A DNA stretch of 64,000 nucleotides from Rhodosorus marinus CCMP1338 (GCA_029953675.1 JAMWBK010000002.1:1116001-1180000), one strand, 5' to 3'; positions 14,146 to 26,776 are shown, numbered from the stretch's first letter. Notes: a model not told the origin generated them from the sequence alone. Program-made: numbers and translations.

Positions 14146-16604
14146 GTTATCCTAAACCTCCAAAAAAAGGAAACGATGCTATTACTCTTAATCCTCGCAA
14201 TAATTCCGATCCTCCCACCCCCCCAAAAAAAATTTACTTGCTAAGTAATCTACAAAGGCCCGATGATACAGCTTTTCACATACATCGCCCCAAACCCTCA
14301 TATACAAACACACCCGCCCCACCTCCCCCAAACGCATAAACACATCTCACACCCAGTCTAAAAACAACAACTTCCCCACGGGCCACGAAAGGAAATCTAT
14401 TTTACCCTCCTTAAGAATTCATAAAGAATCACAATATCGGACAATTTAATTCACTCATTCGATATCGACGGTGGATATACGAATGAATAGTACCCCCTTC
14501 TTCAACATACTTAATCGTCCCATAAAAAAAAGAAACCCAACCCTTAATTAATGTGACTTTCGAGTATAGAAATTTTTTCTTCTATTTTTCAATCTCTGTT
14601 GGTGGTCCGCAGCGGTGAGGTTAGAATTTTAGTAGTTTTTCATAGTATTTTACCGTCTCAGATTGCTGCGATTATCTGGCGAGCTCAGATTGCTTAAAAT
14701 TTAGAAATAAATGAAGGTCGACGGTCCGGCACTAAGAAAGTAGTTGAAAATTTTTGACTGGAGTTTAGAGCGGCAATATCTCAGTCTGGAAGTGAGGGGG
14801 GGTTTGTTGAAGCTTGTTGGCTACAATACATTGAGCACAATTAAAACTATTCGCCAACTACATTTTGTTCAAGAAATGAGTACCTGTTCACCTGGAATAC
14901 CCAATTGTGTTCTTATCGACCAATTAAAAGATTAAACCATAGCACAAGATGTACTTAAGGCAAATTATTGGTTCCCTTTCAGTAGGATCGACTAAATTGA
15001 GATGCTCGCCTTTCACCGTTTTTAAGTATTTAATAAACGATGTATCATCGTGAATTTAGGTATATATACTAGTTACGGCATGAATTTTAATTCAAAAACA
15101 GCATTCAAAATTAGTCCAACTTTTTTTGGAACGATTGAATATCTCACAGATATACGAATTCATATGTGTCTTTTTTTTTCTCTGGGAAGGTTTAATTTCG
15201 GATTTTGACTTTTCTGGATCTAGATATTGTGCACAGGGATGGACTTGCAACGACCATTCCAAAATCTAGGCTTGTGTTTTCGTGCTTGATCTCTATAGCC
15301 TTTTTGGGGTTCACTATAGCTGTTCTGATGACAGCGAACGAACCCGCTGAGGCCTTGATAAACAGGCGGAGGTAGGCTGGTAATCAACGGTCGAGGGCAA
15401 TTCGTTGGACACCGCTGCTAGTCATAGTTTGGGGAGGACCACTTAAGTGAGTTAAAGGAGATAAAACAAAAATCAAGGTCCCTTTGAAACGCGACGGGTT
15501 AATTCGCATTGCTCAGAGGCCTCTTCGATTCCGTGAGAAAAAAAAAGATCAATAGCTCAACGCGCTCCAAGAAACTCCCATACCCGATCCCCACGAGATG
15601 GAGTGGCACATGAAGTGACTCCGGAGACACCACTCCTCCGATGCAATGCCGACGTATCTGGCTTTGGTGCTTGCCAGAGAAGCAGCCACGCATCAGCTCT
15701 TTGTTAAACAGAGTGGGTCAAGAGTTCGTCTCTCCCTGTGAGGTCTTGCTTGACGCCCAAAACCTCGCAGGGAGCCTGTAGAAATTGAGGGCCTATAATC
15801 TCTCAGTAAGAGGCGTTTGAAAGAGCTGCTTCTGAGCTGTCGAGATACACCAAGTCAATCTTCGCGATTCGACTCTTCCCTCTCTTATGCCGATCAGACA
15901 CCAAATGTACTATCTGTCGCAAGAGGACAGTCCCATCGCAGACGTGAGTAAGGAACGAGAAGTCGCCATCGTGGAAAGTCTGAGCTTAAAGCTACGATTG
16001 AGAGACACAGCTCAAGAAGAACCTAGTCATTTGACAACAAAAGGCATGCCGCCCATCCCACAAGCCTCGCAATCATCTCGTTTTTTTTTCCCAGAAAACC
16101 AATAAAAACAACTCAATAACGCCAGTTATTCACAACTCCATCAGATTGATTGACATATAATTGTAAGGCGCTAGATTTATGTCCGTATAGGCAAAAATGT
16201 CCCCAATACAAAGAAATACTTCTATTTTGATTGAGACACCTTTTTAATTTAGCTTTCTCATGTCCTTATTCTGTCCAAGACAGAATAAGAAATTTTAGAA
16301 TATATTTGTGTAATTATCGATATATTCTCCATCTACGTAACCAAATATGAATTATTTAGAAAGAATAGACTTCAATGTCCAACAAATATAATGTAAATAT
16401 TAAATTTCATACATCATGCAATAAAAGTTTAGAAATACAGATAATTAAATTCGTATTTGATTGAATATTGTTTTTAATTTGTGTTTTTTTGGTTTGGTTG
16501 AGTTCGTTTTGATAAGGTTCGTTGGATTTGGGAGCGAGTGGCTGGTTGTTGGTTTTGAGTGCAAATGCAGAGGTTGTTGAGGAAATGCACAAAGCCTGAG
16601 CGAG

Positions 16605-16685
16605 AGGTGGAGAGGGAGGAGGTAGGGAGCGGGGAGGTAGGGAGGTAGGGAGAGGGGGGGAGGTAGGGAGGTAGAGAGTGGAGTT
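16605..16685 (+). promoter_or_regulatory. G-rich purine tract with GGGAGGTA repeats upstream of the TBC gene (G-quadruplex potential)
   Basis: Multiple GGG runs separated by 1-5 nt loops, almost pyrimidine-free. Confidence 0.5.
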
Positions 16686-17054
16686 TAGTATTTATGGTGA
16701 TTGTGGAAAAAGCTTTTTGAGTTGAGAAGTAGAGGTCGGGTGGAGAAGGAAGGGGTGTTGGTTGGATGGTGGTTGTGAGGTTTTGGATGTGTAGAGGGTA
16801 GGATTTGACTAAGGGAGGGAGGTTTGGGAGGTCCTGATTTTTAGAATAGTTTGAGATAGTTGTTTTTTTTTGGTTTTGGGGGGATTTTTATGTGTTGGGT
16901 GGGTCCGAGTAGACGTTGATTGTGTGTTTTGAGAAGACTGCGTGCTGAGGGGTGTAGCTGGATAGCGAGAGTACTTGAGGGATGCCGACGGGGATGTTAG
17001 AGAATGCTTTCTAAATAGTTGGGTTTTGTGGTTTATGAGAATTTGAGGAGAGAG

Positions 17055-18249
17055 ATGGAGGAGCAGAAAACTAAGGAGTGGAAGCTTTTACTGGGAAGTT
17101 CTGTTGATAGAAATAAGAGGCGGGCATTGAGGTCCGTCAGGAAGCTGGCGGAGAGCGGAATTCCGGACAAAATAAGGCCGGAGGTTTATGGATGGTTGCT
17201 TGAACCGGAACGGCGTCTTGGGCATTACGAGGAACTGGCTTCAACGAAAATAGATAGCGAGGAGATCGCGTACACTATTAGTGCGGATGCCGTCAGAGCC
17301 TTACCGGAGAACGCACACTCCGGTCTTCAATCGTCAGATACTTTAAGGAGAATCCTAACTGCTTACGCGAACCATTGTCCGGAGGTAGGTTGAAATTTCG
17401 GAACAGGGTCCGCAATTTCTACCGTACGCTGAACTGTCGCTTCCTCGGATTGACAACAGTGTGGGTACACGCAAGGGATGTCAAACCTGGCGTCAAGAAT
17501 TTTGAAGTATTCGCTGAGTGAGGAGATTGCATATGAACGTTTTTCGGAGTTCATGAAGATTTTCAATTTCGCAGAGGTTTTCAGGCCTGGATTTCCACTG
17601 CTTTTCCGTTGGATACGGATGTTCGAGGAGCTGGTAAGCGCAGCGTGATGACGCTTCATTTGCGAAGCCTGGATGTAAACCGATGTGCGTGCCTTTATTC
17701 GTTACGCAGGTGGCCACCAGGTTGCCGGTAGTGCACAGAAAGTTGATCCACCACGGAGTGACCTCGGCTATGTATGTTGACAAATGGTTTCTGACAGGAA
17801 TGACATACAATTTCTCGGAGCGCGCCTGCGAGAGGATTTGGGACATCATGCTGGTCGACGGGAACGAGAAGGTAGGTTTGTTTTCTCTAACAGAGCTGCT
17901 TTTGGCAAGCAAGTGGAGACCAGACCTGGAGACGTTCTAATCAGATTTGCTACGTTCACGGCTACTTCTTTGTAGATTTTATTCCGCGTTGGGTTAACGG
18001 TATTGGCACTGGGTGAGGTGAAGGGAGTTTTTGACAGAGAATTTGAGGATGTTGTTCACTGGCTACAAGGAGGTTATAACAACGAGGAGGAACTTCAGGG
18101 TAAGAACTTGGACACGTTCATCAAGAAGGCAACGAAGGTTGTGTATAGTAGACCATCTCTCGCTCGATCGATTGATAGTCCAGGAGGAGTGCGCAGAATT
18201 CAGTCCGCCATGTGCCTGGCACCGCAGGCGTAGCTCCTTACCCAATTGA
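17055..18249 (+). CDS. TBC-domain Rab GTPase-activating protein (multi-exon)
   Basis: GIPDKIRPEVY, ISADAVR (IxxDxxR arginine finger), ILTAYA, YTQGM (glutamine finger), KWFLT, RIWD. Start and last exon uncertain. Confidence 0.9.
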
Positions 18250-18473
18250 GCAGTGGGTAATCGAAGGAACACTTCCATCCTACTGAACTATATTTTCCGT
18301 CATATAATTTATTTCATGCTAAACTACTAAATGAGTACATTATCTCACATTGAGTTCCGCACAAATCTTTCTTCCGTAACCGTTGTGCCCCACCATTCAA
18401 AATCCTCTACCACCTAAGAGGAGTTCAGAACCTCCAAACTGCGAAGAAATCCTCACTCCATTCCCATAATAAA

Positions 18474-18727
18474 GCTGAACAACGCGATCATTCGGGTAGG
18501 GGCCCCTAGCATCACTGGTATGCTTCTGTAGAGCGCTAGACATTTCTTCCAGTCTTGAATTATCTCGCGAAGGTGAACAATGCGATCACTCGGTAGAGCG
18601 CCAGACGTTTCTTCCGGTCTTGTGAACTATCCCATGGAGCTGAACAATGCGATCATCCCGGTAAGGGCCCCTAGCATCACTACTAGTCTTTTCTGTAGAG
18701 CGCTAGACATTTACTCCAGGCTTGAAT
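18474..18727. repeat. Three diverged direct repeats (two ~90 bp, middle one internally deleted)
   Basis: ctgaacaa(c/t)gcgatca...gggcccctagcatcact...ctgtagagcgctagacattt at 18474 and 18637; a shortened copy at 18573. Confidence 0.85.
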
Positions 18728-18971
18728 TCGTTATTACCGTTCGCATTTCCCTTTCAAGCCCGCAGAACGTTTCGTCCTTTGACTTTCGACAACAGCAGCA
18801 CCAGCCCCGACCCGTCGGATGCATCTAAACTTGTCCAACAGCCTACACAGAAATAGGAAACTTAGGAATAGAATTACAAATTATGGACATTCATTAATTT
18901 AATTCACTTATTAAACACTTTTAAGAAGTATATTTTGACATAATCTAGAATATACTACCGAAAACTAGATT

Positions 18972-18996
18972 GTTCTGGAAGTATCTCGAATTTTCT
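18972..18996. promoter_or_regulatory. Heat-shock element (five alternating nGAAn units)
   Basis: gTTCt gGAAg tATCt cGAAt tTTCt, one mismatch, located ~85 bp before TATAAAA (19079-19085) and upstream of an sHSP gene. Confidence 0.8.
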
Positions 18997-19217
18997 AGTG
19001 TCAGCTTCCATTTACAGATCTGCATTGATGGAAAGTTTGGATCAGTCCTGAGGTTCGGGGCTGGTGGGGGTGGAAGGGTATAAAACGGGCGGCTTTGATG
19101 ACGAATTTGGATGGGCGGATGTGGAGGATCAGGAACAATCAGAAGAAGTTTTGTGAGGAGTTGAAGGGACCTTTTTTTTTTTAGCTGAGTTGTTTGATAT
19201 TTGAACGAGAGAGAAAA

Positions 19218-20114
19218 ATGGCGCTGACGATTTTCAGGTATCCGTTTGAGGTGGACTGCCACCCGCGGAGGCATCATCGGATGAGAAGGACGCAATCCGA
19301 GACTGAAGATGAGTACACATTCAATCTGGTTATGCCGGGTGTAAATCGTGACGCTGTGAAGGTGGAGGTGGTTAGGAGAAAGCTGAAGATTTCGTTGACA
19401 AGGGACGGGGCATCGGAAGCGCAGTGGTTGTCGCTCCCGAAGTACGCCGACCGTTCTGCAATCGCTGCTAAGGCGAAAAATGGGGTGCTTGAAATTACGA
19501 TTAAGAAGAAGAGTAAGGATCCGACGAAGAAGATTGAGTTGCAAGATAACATTGAGTTGAAAGACGGTGCTTATAAGCTCGACTATTCAGTACCCGGCGC
19601 TGGGGCAAATGATGTCCAAGTGTCCATCACCGGAGCTCGCTTAACAATTAATGCGCAAAGCGGAAATATGGACTTCTTCGACGATTTCAGGAGAACCCTC
19701 AGCACTCCGAGCGACGCGGATCTGGCAAACGTGAGCGCCGCCCTTATGGATGGACTCTTGCTGATCCAAATCCCGAAGCTAGAGCCCGTTACTGTACCGG
19801 TTGAGAAAGGTCAGGCTACGGAGAGCGATGAGCTGTACGTGGCTTACTTCAGAACTCCTGGGATTTCTGCGGAAAATATTGAGGTCACAAGAGTGGGGAG
19901 AAAAGTAGAAGTTGAAGCTAAACAGTCCAACTCCATGAGGGACAATGACTACTATTCAGCGGTCGCGACAGATTTCTCCGAATGCATCTACCTTCCAGAG
20001 TCGGTCGACCTTGAGAACACCAGAGCAGTGGCTGAGAACGGCGTCCTGGCTATTACTGCCCCAGTGCTTGAGACCGAAAGGCCACGGGAAGTTGCCGTCC
20101 AAAGCGAGGCATAG
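19218..20114 (+). CDS. Small heat-shock (HSP20) protein with three tandem alpha-crystallin domains, intronless, 298 aa
   Basis: Three copies of the ACD pattern: PGV/PGA/PGI in beta3-4 and AKAKNGVLEITIKK, AALMDGLLLIQIPK, AVAENGVLAITAP in beta8-9. HSE and TATA lie upstream. Confidence 0.9.
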   Translation: MALTIFRYPFEVDCHPRRHHRMRRTQSETEDEYTFNLVMPGVNRDAVKVEVVRRKLKISLTRDGASEAQWLSLPKYADRSAIAAKAKNGVLEITIKKKSKDPTKKIELQDNIELKDGAYKLDYSVPGAGANDVQVSITGARLTINAQSGNMDFFDDFRRTLSTPSDADLANVSAALMDGLLLIQIPKLEPVTVPVEKGQATESDELYVAYFRTPGISAENIEVTRVGRKVEVEAKQSNSMRDNDYYSAVATDFSECIYLPESVDLENTRAVAENGVLAITAPVLETERPREVAVQSEA

Positions 20115-20457
20115 GGATAGAGACAAAAGGGTCAATTCTGTTAACAATAAACTGAACGAAATATATTAATCTAGTGAATCAAAATCCGTCATTTTCAAAA
20201 CACGATTAGACGATGCACCACCCTCAGCAAATAGCACCTGATTTCATTCATAGTTAGGAGTAGATGAGATGTGGTTCCCTTGACTGGGCGATGCAAAACG
20301 TGCAAGAGAAAAAGGACCGCAGGAGTTGCAACCTACTTTGGGACGCGCTATCTACGCCGTTCAGAGCTCATCGTCCTGAAAACGATACCTCAACAGGGCT
20401 CTGATGTATACTCCGCACGCGCGTCAACGCTAACGGCGTCTCTACGGACCGTTCAGG

Positions 20458-21540
20458 TCAACTCGAGAACTCCAAGTAGTCATGAGTTTGTAGCGAGCTC
20501 ATTCCGTCGAGTTCAAGCGCCTAAGACGTTAAGAAAGCGGGGGTTGTCAGAATTGAATATTGAGTCTAAAGGGGCAACAGGTTGGTTGATGGATTGTGAA
20601 TGTTTGTACATACATCTGAGGCCACCTTAATATCATTCTGAATCGCTTCTACGAGAAGTTCCAAAGACTCAAAGTTCTGTTCCAGTCGAATAAATCCACC
20701 TACGACCAGTCGTAGCTCAACGTCGTAGAAATCAGGTAGGGTTTTTATCAGGTGAGGCTCCTGTTATCGGCGAACAGTTATAAAGTGAAGCTTTAGAAGG
20801 GCGTCAAGGACTTGGACATCGACAAAAGCGATCCCGCATCTCCCCCAAGACAGACCGAGGAGGATCGCTTTTTCTCGTGATTAACTTAGGGGCATCGGGA
20901 TAGTTTGCATTGACTTACGATGCTCTTTCTCTTGTTCTCAAAGTATGGGTTCCATCCAATGGACATTACCATCTTGCAAATGTCTCCTTTGGGAGCTGCG
21001 TCACAACTAGCCGGTGAAAAAGACATATCGTTATTTTGTGCTTGTACAGGTTTCCCAAGCAAGGGAAGCCGGATTTGCTTGACGTGTTTTGGCCGTTAAC
21101 ATACTCCGGGAGCGCAGCCCAGCCGAAGTAAATTCCTCCAGGAATTTCACTCAGTACCTCCAAGTACGGATCCACCGGGATATTCGCTGTTGGACAGCCT
21201 AACATCTACTTGTTTTCAACCATTTCACAATAGACAGTTCCATTTCAGAACTAACACACGAAGGTTAGAGGAAGAATGAAGGATTCAACGCTCTGCACAG
21301 AGAGTACATACCTTCCCACCTCTTCCAAAGCCCTTCGTCACGACCCCTTTCAGAAGAATCGGCTGTTCTCGAAGATAAACTTCGAAACCAGACGAGGTGT
21401 CTTTCCTATCTGTGAACTGCTCAACACCAGGCATGATAGTCTAAAACCGATTGGGCCTTTTCTTTTCTCCAAGGAGATCCCTTTAGAACTCGACCAGTTG
21501 CTCATTCGGATACTTTCCTTGCTCCGTTAGTGCCGCCCAT
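20458..21540 (-). CDS. RFK: Riboflavin kinase (monofunctional, multi-exon)
   Basis: LKGVVTKGFGRGGK|MLGCPTAN, GIYFGWA, MVMSIGWNPYF, EPHL...DFY...GFIR.E.NF.SLE.L...I..DI. Start at 21540 via a 73-nt intron, or at 21434. Confidence 0.93.
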
Positions 21541-21649
21541 CCCAATCTCGAAACCGTGGTGCGAACGCCATTGCTAATCAATTTTTATGGGGGTTTGGAT
21601 AGGGAGAAAGCTGATAAACAACTATTGCTGGGAGGTGGTCTAGCAGCTT

Positions 21650-22560
21650 GAGTACATAGTCATAGCCTCAGAACTATACTGACCACGCCAGCTTCTTCAG
21701 CTCACTAGATTGCTGGTCGAGCCTTTGATAATAGCCTTGACGAGGAACCGGTCTGTTGCGGTGGTGTAACACAGTGACTACGTCGCAAAAAGCTCCAGGG
21801 ATTTCCTTGAAAAGACGGTTCGTGCAGCGGTAGAATCCAGGGTGAAAGGTGGTCGTCTGGTTCCGACACCGTTGACTACCCGTGGGTCTCCGCCCATCTC
21901 AGTATGATCTGTACTAAGCTTTGGTTAAAACTCTTTGCGTTCTGTTCTACTGCATATCCTTGCCGTTTCAAGGAGCAGCTATAACTTTTCCATCGTTGAA
22001 GCCACAAGCCGTCTACGATCGCGATCGGGTTAATAGCTAAGGGCTATAGGTTGCTGGCATGTCTCTCTGAAGCTGGAAGGATTACCGTCCACCAAACAGA
22101 ATAATCAGGATTGGTTGAAGAGATAGAATCCGTGCCGAGCTTCTGGCATAGCCGTTCAAAAGCTTCAGGTGTTAAACCAAAAACCTGAAGCTCTTGCCTG
22201 ACCTAAGGGAGGCTATTCTCGCCTTTAGACAAAGCGTTTAGCGCCTTTTACAGTGCGAAGAGAGCCAGATCTGTTACCAGACGTAGATGGCCGCTGATAT
22301 AAATCAATGCCATGTTCTTGCCTGCCATCCCGGACACTCCATATGTTGTAGGAAAGCCAGTTTAAAACACCACGAGCAGAACTTCTTCAGCAACAGTGTT
22401 CGCAAGCGAACAGACGCTGGAAACAGAGGTGCAAAGCTGCCGCCTTCTGGCCTCTGGAATCAGGAGACAAGTTGGTGTTCTCCGTTCCTCACGAGTAGAT
22501 TCTCCGCTACTTTTCATCGCATAGGTGTCATGAGATCGCCGCTCATCCGTGTGGATGTTC
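21650..22560 (-). other. Unresolved coding-like segment between SMU1 and RFK
   Basis: Protein-like stretches (QELQVFGLTPEAFERLCQKLG, GFYRCTNRLFKEIPGAF) with splice-like signals. No family recognised. Confidence 0.2.
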
Positions 22561-22670
22561 ATTGCTTGCAGACGACGTCGACTTGTTGCAAGATAGTCGC
22601 AAAGTTCTTCGCGGACAGTAGCGGAACTTTGCCGGGTGTTCCATCAGGGTTGAGAGACGCATTCATCGGC

Positions 22671-24980
22671 TTACTTTGGACGCAATATGTGCACAACGCT
22701 CTCCGTTCCATACACAGCGAGGGCGTTCTTCTGCGGATGATGGCAGATACCAAGCACGCGACTGGAGAGAACTTTGACCTGTAAAGTTGTTCAGCTTGAA
22801 GTAAGGGCTTTTTCGGATGTGAAAATAGCTGTCGCTCTCTGTGATGGAAGGAGAAGCCCACCTCCGTCAGAACTTCAGAAGTATCATCCGTTTTGAAGAT
22901 TCTTAGAGAGCCATCATCTCCGAGGGCATAAATGAATGTTCCTTTCGCACTGAAGCAGGCATCAGCAACATCTGCTTTTGTGTCAACCTTGGAAGAAAAG
23001 GTGCCATCGGCACTCATGTACTGAAGTATTGGCGAGCGACAGCACACGAGGAACTTTTCCCGATCATCGGGTAGCGGGCACAATTTGAGAACGGAAGTTC
23101 CTTCCCGTACATGCGTTGGTCTAAGCACCTACGAGAAACGAGCAGAAGCTCGAAACAATGAATCCTATGCGCTAGGGCCCGATAATTAGATGTGGAAAAG
23201 CAACCTACCTTAATGCTTTGAGAGGTGTGATTGGACCAGACGCGTATTGTGCCATCAGCACTACCAGTAAAGATAGAAGCACCATCCGCTGAGTAGTGTA
23301 TGTCATTGACGATAGCAGTATGTCCGTGCAACTCCTTGAGTATCTTTCCGCTCTTTAAGCCATAGATTCTAACCGCGCCATCAGGAAAACCAACCAGGAG
23401 CTGTGCACCATCACGGGAGAACTTCATACAACTCGGGGCTCGTACGAGCTCAATGCGTCTGAGGACCTTTCCAGACCTACTCATGACCGCGGTTCATGTC
23501 TTCAGAAAACAGCTGGGATCGAGCATCTCTCCCATTGCCAGTAGTCGTCACCCCATCTTACCTCAGCCTCCACACCTTCAGCTTCTTCTCAGCACCTCCA
23601 GTTGCCAGCATCTCGCCTTCTCGTGAGAAACACATACAGCATATCTTCTCCTCATGAGATATGAGATCATCTTCCGCTTGATACTTCAGGTCGGTTCGAT
23701 ATCTTCCAGATAGGTAGTCCCAAACTTCAATGAACCTGCAGCGAGGTTACAGAGACAAACAGTAAGCATACAACACAGTATACTCCAGATGCCAAGAAAA
23801 AGTTGTTTCGCAACTCAGGATGAATCTAAGAGACTGCCGAACGCAAAGTTCTGACCATGACGGATCTAGGAGGTACGAAGCACGTTCCCGACTGCTCATG
23901 TACTTCATAAAAAACAAGAGCTGCTCGGGAAGACTTGTTCATCAGATTTGAAGCAAATCGCACCACTGCCGAATGGAAAAGGTGAGAGGACGGCTTCTAG
24001 AATGATTGATGGGGAAAACCTTACCCATCAGACGAACCTGTTAGGAACATATCGTCTTTTGGAGAGAATAGAGCGCACTCAGCGTACTGTTTTGTTCCAA
24101 ATTTGATGTTAGTAGTCTGCAAGACGCAAGGTGCGTCGTCCTCAGAGTTGAGCTCCGGGACAATGTTTCTGAAAAGGTCCAGCTTCGTTCCTGGAGGTAG
24201 AAGGCCTTACAGAAGAATAGAATACAACCTAGCGCATGAGCAAAGTGGCCAGTCTCCACCGGGAGAGTCAAGTTTGCTTGGCAAAAGGAAGTACCCTGGG
24301 AGTGCTGATATTTAAGCGACTGGCCAAGAAGAGCAAGTAGGCGGGCTGGTGCAGCGGACGCCACTTCCTTTTGAACGGATTTGGCAAGTGCGTTTCGCCT
24401 GACTTGTTTGGTCGTCCCACTTCCGAAGAGGTTCTCCGAGACATCAACAGCGGCAAGCGAGACGCTTCTTTCCAATGCGAGGAAACGATCTGGATTTCGT
24501 CTCTTCATGACGTCGAAGACAGTCGACTCTCGGAGCATTGCACGAGCAGCGTCGAGCTCCCGCAGCTCGAGCAGCTCCAGAACAACATGTTCGAATAGAT
24601 CGATCACAAACGGTTCCGTCAGACGAAGGCCAGTCAACGCTCGGATCACCGCATCCCATTGACCACTCTCAATGTCTTCCACCAGAGCATCAACGGCATC
24701 AACAGTATTCAAGTACACCTCACATTCTTCCTGTTCCGCGACGACCAACCACACAAAACACAGACACGAACAAGAACTCTACCTGAGTATTAAATACGAG
24801 CAGAATTCTCCGAAAACGCACAACCAAGAACCTCTAAACAGAAGCGCAGGGACACACGACAACGGAGTAACGATCAGCAAAAAATACCTGAAACGTTCGA
24901 AACGTCCTGGAAAGGCCGTTCTCTTTCAAGAATTGAAGAACGACTCTGGCGACATCAGCTGAAGCCACCTCAACGCTCAT
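22671..24980 (-). CDS. SMU1: WD40 splicing factor SMU1 (multi-exon)
   Basis: MSVEVASADVARVVLQFLKENGL (LisH), DIESGQWDAV, LYEHV-like LFEHVVLELLELRE, APARLLALLGQSLKYQ, IYGLKSGKILKELHGH, and C-terminal VLGICHHPQKNALAVY. Confidence 0.95.
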
Positions 24981-26442
24981 TGTTGGAAGAGGTTCAGTCC
25001 ACCGGTTTCCTACTTATATTATATACAAACAACTAGATCATTGTTAAGAAACTTCCTATTTCTGTATGCAAGAGTCATTTGAAAACAACATCTGATCGCC
25101 CCCATCCTCCCTCGTTGTGCAAGCCAACTCCGACCTCTTCCAAATGGGAGTTGGGGTGGGTGGGCCTTGTACAAAGAGGTCCCCCCGCATCCCGAGAATC
25201 ACAGGTGATTAGTGCGACGCTCAATAGTTCGAGACTTTACATTAACCTATGGATTCTTCAGAGGCTATAGGCTCTGAAAGTATTGAGGCGCGTGCTATCT
25301 GTGCACGTTGAGAGACAATGCTGTTCTACTACACCGACAACGTTGGGAAGAGCTGACATGTAAACGCGCAATGAGGTATTCCCTCTCGGAATGTGAGATT
25401 CTTGAGCCTACTGATCACACTTGCTAAACGTCTTACAGGATTCGTCTTATGGTTGATCCATGTTTGAGGTCGACATGAGGGAAACAAAACTGGATCTAGA
25501 TCGTTCGAGGTGTTGCACAGTGAGCTCTGGAGTTATAGGCTAGATGGCAAGTTCTGAGATCTTATCATTTTTACACGAGTATTTCACACAACCTGAAACA
25601 GCACCACAGAAGAAGTTTCCCAATGACGCCGGTTTGTACCGAAACGTAAGTCCATGCCGGTCCTTGTTGAACCGCTTGAGGATATCCAAACGCAAACGAC
25701 CAGTGACAGGTTTTTCACTGTGTCACCAAATTCTGAGACTTCTCCTCATGCCTAAAAACCTCTAGCGAACGGCTTCACCCAGAAGTAACCGTCAGCAATC
25801 TGAGAATTTTTGGAGTACAAGGAGAACCAGTTAGTTATGGTCAGGCTCTCAGAGCGGTCGCCATGCGAAAGAGCAATAAAATCGGTTCATTCCATAACAA
25901 AAGTTCAAGCGAGCAAAAGCGCTGATGGAGTCGAATGGCAGTCCAGCTGAACGTCATTGACAAGGTACCTCTGGTGATCAGCTCGGAAGATTGTGTTAAG
26001 CTGAGAGAATCTAGCGCGCGCAATGCGCCCACATCGGCTTATCCTAGACTAGAAGTAGGTACCAGCGGTTGGAGTCAGGAATATAGCCGTCGTCATCGTC
26101 CCATGCTTGGCTATCTAAGTGCTTTGCTACTGATCATTGCCCTCGTAAGCAAAAACCCCAACGAGGAAAGAAACACAGAATCTTCCTCCCTTTGTTGTAC
26201 GATCCTGCCGCAAGCGGGCTGGACATATTTGCTTGTTACGATTCTTGGGGTTTGAGCTTGATGCAATTTCAAATAAACGTCACAGTGACGGGCCTGGATG
26301 AGAGGAGCAGATGCACCCAATTATCCACTAATCGAGGTACGCAAAGGTCCCGTTGAACGACAACCCAATAGGAGCTACAGAATGTACATGTTAACGGTTA
26401 AATGAAAAAAAGGTCTAAATAAAGACTTGCAATAATACATAC

Positions 26443-26776
26443 CATCGTCATCCTCCTCAGCCCACAACAAACTGCAAGCGTCAGTTAACCCAGCTCCTCG
26501 ACTCACGCTCAACGAACATGAGCTTCGAGTACACAACGCAATACTCCGAGCATACAAGACCCTCTGCGCTGTGAAACCATCGGTTCTCATACCTTGCCTC
26601 AAAGCTCTGTCCATAACCAGCGCATCCAAATGATTCTCAGAAAACCAACCAGGTGCAGAATTCAATATTCCAACACCCGCTTACCTATGGTGCACACCCA
26701 TGCCTCCAGTCCTACGAGTTGCACCGCTCGGCATGTTCAGGGTCCCACGGACCAATCTACCTATACCACTCCTCAT
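26443..26776 (-). CDS. Small presequence-like protein with acidic tail, family copy A (exons 26685-26776, 26443-26606; last exon unknown)
   Basis: MRSGIGRLVRGTLNMPSGATRRTGGMGVHH-R|ALRQ...SCSLSVSRGAGLTDACSLLWAEEDDD-G|gtatgt. Strong donors gtaagc and gtatgt; phases 2 then 1 are consistent. Confidence 0.7.
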
